Assembly: GCA_944326725.1 (NCBI GenBank)
Contig: CALVFA010000012.1
Span: 1,283 to 65,282 of the forward strand
Reading direction: 5' to 3'
DNA: 64,000 nucleotides
Source of the DNA: an uncultured Elusimicrobiales bacterium
GTDB taxonomy: Bacteria > Elusimicrobiota > Elusimicrobia > Elusimicrobiales > Elusimicrobiaceae
In this document: one piece after another, positions 56,384 through 64,000 of the stretch
Position numbering within the stretch: the first letter of the stretch is position 1
Layout: the number at the start of each line of letters is the position of its first letter
Made by a program: the position numbers and the translations under genes
Notes under the pieces: model-generated
Seen by the model: the letters and a program-made list of their open reading frames with translations, nothing else
What the model was told of the DNA's origin: nothing
The model's database searches: none

Positions 56384-57493
56384 TTATTTAATTTCTATCA
56401 GTTCGTAGTCGGTGCTTCCTAAACCCATTTCCTGGGCGTAATCTACGCAAACGCGCCAGTTGGTTACGGGCGTGAGGTCGGTAAAGTGGTCCCCATGCGT
56501 ATGTTTGCGCTCCGCAAGCAAACTACCCTGCATAACAGGCTGGCGGTTGGCGGCGTCGCCACAGGCGGTGTCTAAAGCCACCGGGTCAAACGAAGCAAAC
56601 ATACCAATATCGGGCACGATGGGCACGTCGTTTTCGGCATGGCAGTCGCAATACGGCGAAATATCTATGGCTAAACTGATGTGAAAATGCGGCCGCCCGT
56701 GCAGCACCGCCTCGGAATATTCCACAATTTTCTTATTGAGAATATCGTTAGACTCGTCGTTCGGCGCCGTTACTGCGTCCATCGGGCAGACGCCAATGCA
56801 GCGCCCGCAGCCCACGCATTTGCTATGGTCAATGGAAGCTTTGCCGTCTGTAATATGCGGTGCGTCGTGCGCGCAAATGCGCACGCAGGCCCCGCAACCC
56901 ACACATTTTTCAGTGTGCACATAGGGTTTGCCCGCATTATGCATTTCCATTTTGCCCGCGCGCGAACCGCAGCCCATACCGATGTTTTTTAAGGCTCCGC
57001 CCGTACCGGCACATTCGTGGCCCTTAAAGTGGCTGAGCGAAATAATAATATCCGCGTCCATAATGGCGTGGCCTATTTTGGCTTCTTTTACATATTTGCC
57101 GCCGTGCACCGGCACCAAGGTTTCATCGGTGCCTTTTAAGCCGTCTGCAATAATAATTTGGCAGCCGGTGGTCTGTGCGGTGTAGCCGTTATAGGCGGCG
57201 GAAGCCAAATGGTCCAGCGCGTTTTTCCGCCCGCCCACATACAGCGTGTTGCAGTCGGTCAAAAAGGGCTTTCCCCCCAGTTCTTTGACCACTTCCGCCA
57301 CGGCGGTGGCATAATTGGGCCGCAGAAAAGCCAGGTTGCCCGGCTCTCCAAAGTGGATTTTAATAGCGACAAATTTATTTTTAAAATCAATCTGCTCTAT
57401 GCCGGCGGCTTTAATCAGCCGCTGGAGTTTTTTGGGCAACCCTTCGCCCAGTTTGGTGCGCATACTGGTGAAATATACTTTAGATTTGCTCAT
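56384..57493 (-). CDS. DUF362 Fe-S protein with 2x[4Fe-4S] ferredoxin domain
   Basis: AIKIHFGEPGN, SHFKGH, two CxxCxxCxxxC motifs, CDC, DPVALD; SD GGAGG before MSKSKV. Confidence 0.92.
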   Translation of the reverse strand: MSKSKVYFTSMRTKLGEGLPKKLQRLIKAAGIEQIDFKNKFVAIKIHFGEPGNLAFLRPNYATAVAEVVKELGGKPFLTDCNTLYVGGRKNALDHLASAAYNGYTAQTTGCQIIIADGLKGTDETLVPVHGGKYVKEAKIGHAIMDADIIISLSHFKGHECAGTGGALKNIGMGCGSRAGKMEMHNAGKPYVHTEKCVGCGACVRICAHDAPHITDGKASIDHSKCVGCGRCIGVCPMDAVTAPNDESNDILNKKIVEYSEAVLHGRPHFHISLAIDISPYCDCHAENDVPIVPDIGMFASFDPVALDTACGDAANRQPVMQGSLLAERKHTHGDHFTDLTPVTNWRVCVDYAQEMGLGSTDYELIEIK

Positions 57494-57568
57494 AAGTTCC
57501 TCCGTTGTTTTATTATATAATCTGCTAAGAGGTTTTGCACGCAGCTGGAGTGCACACCAGGGGGAAAT

Positions 57569-58378
57569 ATGCAATACACGCGGCTTAAAAATGGACACGA
57601 AATTCCGCTCATCGGCTTTGGCACCTATCAAATTGACGACCCGGCCCAAGCCGTCCATATCATCACGCAGGCGCTGGGCTGCGGGTACCGCCTGCTGGAC
57701 ACGGCCTCTTTCTATCAGAATGAAGAATATGTGGGCCAAGCACTGCGCCAAAGCGGTTTAAAAAGAAAAGATGTGTTTCTTAGCAGTAAGGTATGGAACG
57801 ACCAGCACGGCTACGACGCCACGTTAAACGCCTTTGACGCCTCTTTGCGCAAGCTGGGCACAGACTATTTGGACTTATATCTTATTCATTGGCCGGGAGA
57901 AAAAAATCTGCAAACCTGGCAGGCCTTAGAAACGCTGTATAAAGAGGGCCGCGTTAAAGCCATAGGCGTATCTAACTTTGATGGCCTTCAACTGGAAGAA
58001 CTAGTAGAGCAGGGCGACATTGTCCCTATGATTAACCAAGTGCAATACCACCCACTCTGTCAACAAAAAAAACTGAAAGCCTACTGTGACCGCCTGGATA
58101 TCAAACTGCAGGCCTACAGCCCGCTGATGCGCGGGGAAGCGTTAAAGCCGCCGCTTATTGGCAAACTGGCTGACCGACACAACAAAACCCTGGCGCAAAT
58201 CGTACTGCGCTGGGCGATGCAAAAGGACGTGATCCCGCTGCCCAAAGCTGCCAACGCCAGCCGCATGAAAGAAAATCTAGGTGTGTTTGATTTTGAGCTT
58301 ACCGAAGAGGAAATGCAGCAAATTGCACTCTTGGACCCGGGGCACCCCCAAAAAGACGGCGCAATCCCCATACGCTGA
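57569..58378 (+). CDS. Aldo/keto reductase
   Basis: GFGTYQ, DTASFY, DYLDLYLIHWP, IGVSNF, LRW, LPK. Confidence 0.95.
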   Translation: MQYTRLKNGHEIPLIGFGTYQIDDPAQAVHIITQALGCGYRLLDTASFYQNEEYVGQALRQSGLKRKDVFLSSKVWNDQHGYDATLNAFDASLRKLGTDYLDLYLIHWPGEKNLQTWQALETLYKEGRVKAIGVSNFDGLQLEELVEQGDIVPMINQVQYHPLCQQKKLKAYCDRLDIKLQAYSPLMRGEALKPPLIGKLADRHNKTLAQIVLRWAMQKDVIPLPKAANASRMKENLGVFDFELTEEEMQQIALLDPGHPQKDGAIPIR

Positions 58379-58548
58379 TACATGTTATGTGCCCAGTGTT
58401 GGAACTTTTCCGCGCGAAACATTCTCTTTTACGCCGCCAAAACCGGGGCTCCTTTATTTATAAAGCTAGTCAGTTGCCTTTCCCCGGCGGTATCTTTGCA
58501 CATAAAAACCGGCCCGAAAGCCGGCTTTTAGGAAAATATCCGCAAGCT

Positions 58549-61500
58549 CTAACGTATCCAGTTATTTTTTTCCCGGTATTTAAAATAATTATTTAATGCC
58601 CGCAGCAGATTTTCTTCTCCGTTAGCCAACGACAAATTCCTCGTGGAAAGATATCCGTCAAACCCTTCCCTCATCAGGCGGGCTCCGTCCACCACCTCAT
58701 CGGCAAAACTGCTGGAAGCTATAACCGGCGTATGAATATCTCCGTGGGTGCGCATCCAAGAAACAAAATAATGCGCTCCGCCATCGGCAAAATTTAAATC
58801 CGTCAAAATCAAATCAAATTGGGTGCCATTATCCAGCTCTTTTAAAAAGTCGTCTATCTTCGTATAAAAAGACCATTTACTATCCGCCCCCAAGCCGTCT
58901 TTGGCCAGCCAGGTCTTATAATTAGCCAACACAGAAGGCTCATCATTTAACACCGCTACCCGCAGTCCTTTAGGCAGCATATCTCTCTGCTGGGAGAGCC
59001 ACTGTTGTTTCTTAGCTGCGGAAGCAAACTGTTTAGGCGTTTTAAAAGACCGGCCGTCGCTGCCGCGCAAGAAAAATTCCCGCCGGTTATATACCCGGTC
59101 CGGACGCGGAAATGTAGGCTGAGCCATTACACGCCCCCGCTGGGCAGGAAACACAATTTCAACCGCATTTTCCAACCAATCTACTGCCGGCTGAAATGGA
59201 TTATTTATTCTGTTCTCATGTTGGAAAATCAGTATTTTCTGGCGCAGATCCAGCAGGCTGTTACTCAGTTTTTTTCTTTGGAAAGCATCTAATGTATTCA
59301 TTCTGTTGCGCAGATAATACAAAGAAGTCGTCATATCTTTTTTAATACTTTCAAATTCTTGCTCCAAAGCTTGGTACTGAGCGACCAATTCTTTTTTATG
59401 GGCTGCAGAAATATTTTTGCCCCAATTTATCTCTTGCGCTTTAGGCATTTGCACTGGAATACGGAAAAAACTCTCTTCCAAATTCTGACCGGCTGCTCTG
59501 GCAGAACGGTGTTTCATAATATACTCTGCCGTCTGGGAGGAATAAGCCGGGCGGAAGGCTTCCGCTTCAAAATGGGGTTTAACACTTTTGGGGGCTTTGC
59601 CGGCTTTTGCAAACATCTCTTCCGCCGTTTGCGCTACATAATTCACCCACTTGGGCTGCAAAGTGATAAAAGGATCCATAGCGGAATTAGAATTTTTGGC
59701 TTTATCTATTCCCCAACAAAAACCGCTGGGCCCGCACATAGACTGGGGAATACGGTGGGACATTTCATCTAATAAAGCAGAGCCTGGCTGCCATAATTTA
59801 AAATTCTTTACACTGCCGGGATGAGCCTGCTCCATAGCGCGCAAAGCCAAAAACAACTGATGATTCGTCTTGGCATCTGCTACGTTTTTAAGCAGTATCA
59901 AATCTTGCCGCAAACTGATCAAAGACTGCTTTTCTTCTCCAGCGGCCTTCTTAATCTGGCGGCCCAGTTTGGCAATACTTTCTTTCAGAGGATAAAGTTC
60001 TTTCCCCTCTATCAAGGCTTTCCCTGCCAAAGCGTCTCCGTTATAGCGCATGCGCAGCAACATTTTGCCAAACAGCTTTTGGCGCGCCGTGCCGGATACA
60101 AAATCCGCAGGCAGCACTTCCGGCGCAGAATACTGTCTGACGCCCGCTGTCACAAACCAATCGCTGCGCCGCACCGTACTAGCAAAATCAGTCTGCAATT
60201 TTCGTACGTTTTCTATTAATTTGCCTGAGAAACAGCCATTGATATAGATATAGTTGTATATTGACTTGCTTTTTGAAAGTCCTTGCAATATTTCCTGCGC
60301 ACGCACAAAAACGGTAGGGTGTTCCTCCCCGTTCACCAAAATGCCTTTCCAATCACCTTTGCGTGATATTCCCCCATGATTATGAATCAACAAGACATTT
60401 TCTTCTTGCGGTTTAAAACTGCGCAAGGCTTCCGAAAACGGAGTATACTGTTTCAACTTAGGGCGGAAAAATCCGGTCAGTGTCTTGCGGTCCCACACAT
60501 CCGACACAGTCAAGTCATCCCCCCACAGGAAAATTGTATTGGGGGTACGCTCCAACCGCGGGAAAAACGATATACGGTTTTGCAACTCCAACAAAGGAGT
60601 TCTGCCCAGTATCGGTTTGCGATATAAAGCCCGCTGCAAAGAGGCATACTCTTTTTTCTGAAGCGGTGAGAAGGAAGCCTTCTGGCGCCCCAAGACGTCC
60701 AATTGGTGCCGCAGCACCGCACCCGAAGGCAAGAAATCCGTGTTCCACACCAAAGAGAAATCCGGGCCGAAAGAATCCATCCATTTAATCGCCCGGGCCA
60801 TTTCCCGGTCCGCAGAAGCAGTCCTTGCGGCAGGCTGGCTGTTACGCAAGTTTTCAAGATACTTTATATAACTTCTTCCCAATTCCTTGCGCTGTGCCTG
60901 GGAAAAAACACTGGCAGGATTTATTTCCATAGAAGGCGTATTCCAAACCTCAAACCCGGCCTGCTGATTGTACAGTTTGGTCAATTCCTCTGCCGCTTCC
61001 GTCTGTCTTTCCAACAAAGCATAATCAGACAAATCCGGCAGCAACTGACGCATAAGGGCCGGGTCATTATGTACGTCCGCCAAAGTTTTCACGCCACGGC
61101 TTGCCCATTTGTCTTCTAAACCCTTCATAAAAGAACGGCTCTTTTCTACTGTTTCCGGGAAATCCTGCACAAAGGTTTTGCTCAGCAGCTTTTTACCCCA
61201 GCCTGTTGCGTCCTCTTTCTGCCAATGCCGCACCTGGGCCAGCAGTTCAGGGGCGCCTTGTAAATGCTGCTGCGCTGTTTTGAGGGAACGCAACCTGGCG
61301 CTGGTGCTAGACAAAAGGGAAGCGGCAGAGGAATCTTCTTTCAGCAGACCAAACATTCCCCGTGCAGTGTCTGCCACATAATCCACCCATTTCGGCTCTA
61401 ATTTAATAAACGGAGCCATATTCAACACAGCATCCTCTTTTAAATGAGTTAATCCCCAAAGAAATTCACTTCCGCCGTCTTGCATCAGCGCGTCTGCAAA

Positions 61501-64000
61501 CAACGCTCTGTCCCAATCTTTTACATGTCCCGGGTAACGGGCGCGGAACATGAACAAAGCTTGTTGCAATTCTGAAGAGGAAGTGGCATCGGCTATATTA
61601 AGCAACAATTCCAAATCGTCATGCAACGTTTGTAAAGAGGCCTGTTGGGCCGCCGGGGCAGAGGCCATCTCTCTTTCCAAGCGCTGTACGCTGGCGCGCA
61701 GCGGATAGACGTCCCGTCCTTTTACCCACGCACGCGCAGCCAGGCCATTGCCGTTGTCAGTAATTTGCAGCAATAATTTATTTAACAGCCGCTCCCGTAC
61801 GCCCACCCCCAAATCTACAGCCGGAATGGGATTGGAAGAAGCCGGCTGCAGCGGAGCGGTAATAGTAAACCATTCCGTTTTCTGGGCCGCCTGAGGATAC
61901 TTTTCAAACAGTTTCGGCAAATCCTGAAATATCGCCCCGGTTTGACAACTGTGCACATACACCGATGTACGCGGCGACTGGGACTGCAACGCCGCTTCTA
62001 TTACTTTTTCTGCTGAAAATGTAGCCGCGGGGCGGGTTTCCCCTACACGGGCCTGCCGCAAGACCGCTTTCCAACTGCCGTTTTGCGCCACATATCCATG
62101 ACCATTTACAAACAATACATTTTCTTTGCCCCGCTTGAAAAAAGGCACAATTTGCGGAAAAGGCAAGCTCTCCAACATTTGGTCCATTGGGAAGCCTAAC
62201 GGCGTCTTGCGCGTCAGCATATTCACACCGGAAAAGCCGTCTCCCCGTATCCATAAAGTATTAGGAGATGGCTGCAAAAAGGGGACATTAAGCGTGCGCA
62301 GCTGCAATAAGGCATATTGTTCGCCATCAATTTCAGGAGCCATCATTTCCTTAAGCAATGTTTTCACTTCCCGTTGTTGTAAAGGAGAAAGCGTGCCGGA
62401 CTGTTCCAACGTGACAAGACGATGGTGTATTGCAGCCGGGCTGGCTGCTCCTTCTTTGGGCCAAATCAACGCCTGCGGGCCCGCCAGCTCATCTCTTATA
62501 TCCAAGGCCCCTTTCAGCTCCTTGCCTAAGGCCGCTTTCTTTACGGAGCTCCCTTCCGGCAAAGACGCCATCTGTTTTTTCAGCAGTTTAACACAATCTT
62601 CCGCTAATTGCAGCCGCCCCTGAGCCCCGGAAATACCTATCTGCAAAGACGAAGAAAGTACTGGAAAATTCTCAGCAGATAAGCCTTTATCGGCGCGCAA
62701 ACGCTGATAAAAAGCCATGTCTTTTTCCATGCGGGCATAGTCACGTATATCCCGCAACACAGATCCTATGCGCGCCGGTTCTTTTTCCAAAAGGCTCAAA
62801 ATATTCTGCATACTTTCCGGGTAGCGTGCCATTATTTTCTGCATTTCATTTGCCGTAGCATAAGCGGCTAAACGCACCTTCGGCAGATCAATGGCGGCAG
62901 ACCAGCCCGCCTGCTCCGGTAATTTAACCGACGCCACACGGACCTGACGCAGCATATCAGCCGAAACACGGGGAGAAGCTGTTTTGGCGGAAGCGTGAGC
63001 GGGCGCATTTGACGCTGTCATTTGGCTTACTTTGCCCGCCTGTGCGGCTGTATAACGGGACTGCGGCTGGGCGGCGGCTCTTTTATTTGAAACAGGATTT
63101 ACCTGTACTGTTGGCACATTTGCATTTGGCGACGCATGCGCCAGTGTCAAACCGGAAGTAGGATACACGGGATCTTGTTGAAGAGTAGACAGGGCCTGGG
63201 CAAAAACTTTTTTTGTATTCTGAGCCACTTTAGATAAATTTAACGAACGTATTTTTTTCAACCGGGCCGACAGTGCCGCCAGTCTGCGCACATCTGCCGT
63301 AACACGCCCCGCCCGCACCGCAGCCAAACCCCGCTGCAAAGACATGCCCCATTGCACCCCTTTTACCGCCATACCCGGTATTGCCAAGGCATAATATATA
63401 CCCAGCCCCACATCTATCATAGAGGACACTTCCGCAACAGCCGTATATATTTTTTGTCCCGTTTCTTTACGTTTATATACTTGGCTGTTACGGTCATAGC
63501 GTTTTAAGAACCCGTCGGGCATATCCGGCACAGGTACTTTTTGTTTATTCAGAGTGGAAATTTGAACGCGGGTTTCTGTTTCTAACGGGAAAACCGATCC
63601 CGGTTCTTTGTAAAGAGGGTTATGAGTGTGTTGCATGACTTCGTAGGCATAATCACGCAGTTCTTTGATTTGTTGGTCAATTTGGCGGTTATGTTTCAGG
63701 GCCTCTTGGCGGCGTGTTTCAGCGGCTTTTAGATCTTTTTCAAACACGTCATAAAGCATATTGTCAATGCGCAATTCCGTTTCCGCACTCAGGTCGCCCA
63801 TCACATGTTCAAAGTACAGCCGGGCCACAAAAGAAGCGGGGGAAAGCAAGACCTGCTTTGCCGCTTTTTGCAAATCCTCATCAGCCCCGTTCTGCACGCC
63901 GCTGGCTATGGCACCCACCAAAAAAGGAAGCAGCGTTTTGCACTGCACGGAAGCAAATACCGGCCGGCCTTGGGGCGTCATCACAGCTTTGCCTTTGTCC
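58549..64000 (-). CDS. Giant protein (C-terminal >=1811 aa; probably begins beyond the window) with two His-Cys repeat domains and a C-terminal receiver domain
   Basis: Internal duplication about 574 aa apart (VLFVNGHG..VHSCQTG / VLLIHNHGG..INGCFSG); C-terminal VAVLNDE..FDLILTDL..PVIASS..GFDGYL. Confidence 0.8.
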   Translation of the reverse strand, partial: DKGKAVMTPQGRPVFASVQCKTLLPFLVGAIASGVQNGADEDLQKAAKQVLLSPASFVARLYFEHVMGDLSAETELRIDNMLYDVFEKDLKAAETRRQEALKHNRQIDQQIKELRDYAYEVMQHTHNPLYKEPGSVFPLETETRVQISTLNKQKVPVPDMPDGFLKRYDRNSQVYKRKETGQKIYTAVAEVSSMIDVGLGIYYALAIPGMAVKGVQWGMSLQRGLAAVRAGRVTADVRRLAALSARLKKIRSLNLSKVAQNTKKVFAQALSTLQQDPVYPTSGLTLAHASPNANVPTVQVNPVSNKRAAAQPQSRYTAAQAGKVSQMTASNAPAHASAKTASPRVSADMLRQVRVASVKLPEQAGWSAAIDLPKVRLAAYATANEMQKIMARYPESMQNILSLLEKEPARIGSVLRDIRDYARMEKDMAFYQRLRADKGLSAENFPVLSSSLQIGISGAQGRLQLAEDCVKLLKKQMASLPEGSSVKKAALGKELKGALDIRDELAGPQALIWPKEGAASPAAIHHRLVTLEQSGTLSPLQQREVKTLLKEMMAPEIDGEQYALLQLRTLNVPFLQPSPNTLWIRGDGFSGVNMLTRKTPLGFPMDQMLESLPFPQIVPFFKRGKENVLFVNGHGYVAQNGSWKAVLRQARVGETRPAATFSAEKVIEAALQSQSPRTSVYVHSCQTGAIFQDLPKLFEKYPQAAQKTEWFTITAPLQPASSNPIPAVDLGVGVRERLLNKLLLQITDNGNGLAARAWVKGRDVYPLRASVQRLEREMASAPAAQQASLQTLHDDLELLLNIADATSSSELQQALFMFRARYPGHVKDWDRALFADALMQDGGSEFLWGLTHLKEDAVLNMAPFIKLEPKWVDYVADTARGMFGLLKEDSSAASLLSSTSARLRSLKTAQQHLQGAPELLAQVRHWQKEDATGWGKKLLSKTFVQDFPETVEKSRSFMKGLEDKWASRGVKTLADVHNDPALMRQLLPDLSDYALLERQTEAAEELTKLYNQQAGFEVWNTPSMEINPASVFSQAQRKELGRSYIKYLENLRNSQPAARTASADREMARAIKWMDSFGPDFSLVWNTDFLPSGAVLRHQLDVLGRQKASFSPLQKKEYASLQRALYRKPILGRTPLLELQNRISFFPRLERTPNTIFLWGDDLTVSDVWDRKTLTGFFRPKLKQYTPFSEALRSFKPQEENVLLIHNHGGISRKGDWKGILVNGEEHPTVFVRAQEILQGLSKSKSIYNYIYINGCFSGKLIENVRKLQTDFASTVRRSDWFVTAGVRQYSAPEVLPADFVSGTARQKLFGKMLLRMRYNGDALAGKALIEGKELYPLKESIAKLGRQIKKAAGEEKQSLISLRQDLILLKNVADAKTNHQLFLALRAMEQAHPGSVKNFKLWQPGSALLDEMSHRIPQSMCGPSGFCWGIDKAKNSNSAMDPFITLQPKWVNYVAQTAEEMFAKAGKAPKSVKPHFEAEAFRPAYSSQTAEYIMKHRSARAAGQNLEESFFRIPVQMPKAQEINWGKNISAAHKKELVAQYQALEQEFESIKKDMTTSLYYLRNRMNTLDAFQRKKLSNSLLDLRQKILIFQHENRINNPFQPAVDWLENAVEIVFPAQRGRVMAQPTFPRPDRVYNRREFFLRGSDGRSFKTPKQFASAAKKQQWLSQQRDMLPKGLRVAVLNDEPSVLANYKTWLAKDGLGADSKWSFYTKIDDFLKELDNGTQFDLILTDLNFADGGAHYFVSWMRTHGDIHTPVIASSSFADEVVDGARLMREGFDGYLSTRNLSLANGEENLLRALNNYFKYREKNNWIR

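Overview
Bacterial chromosomal window, most likely Elusimicrobiota (Elusimicrobiaceae-like). This is inferred from five scattered PilE-type pilin paralogs and the gene content. The housekeeping backbone carries mlaE, alr, dnaB, rex/adhE, yggS, thrS, yajC-secD-secF, nadD-yqeK, cinA and two tRNAs. A low-GC serine-recombinase island of about 13.6 kb (approx. 38.8-52.4 kb) carries DUF2924/DUF5681 genes, two C5 DNA methyltransferases, Vsr, a restriction endonuclease and a GHKL-ATPase-TIR-like fusion. The strongest unexplained signal is that all five pilin genes share one promoter design: TTGCNN (-35), 2 nt, T11-13, GA, TANANT (-10). The spacers are 17, 15, 16, 16 and 16 bp, and four of the five also carry a covarying 17-19 bp palindrome over the -10 and start site. 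This suggests a dispersed, slipped-strand phase-variation system for a pilin repertoire. Other notable signals: two long structured RNA-like transcription units, one with a 29-aa membrane peptide, flanking a non-cleavable LexA-like repressor; a non-canonical Rex operator pair; a giant protein with tandem His-Cys (clan CD-like) domains plus a receiver domain; and a degenerate ~63-bp repeat array upstream of dnaB. All family assignments come from motif recognition by eye, not database searches.
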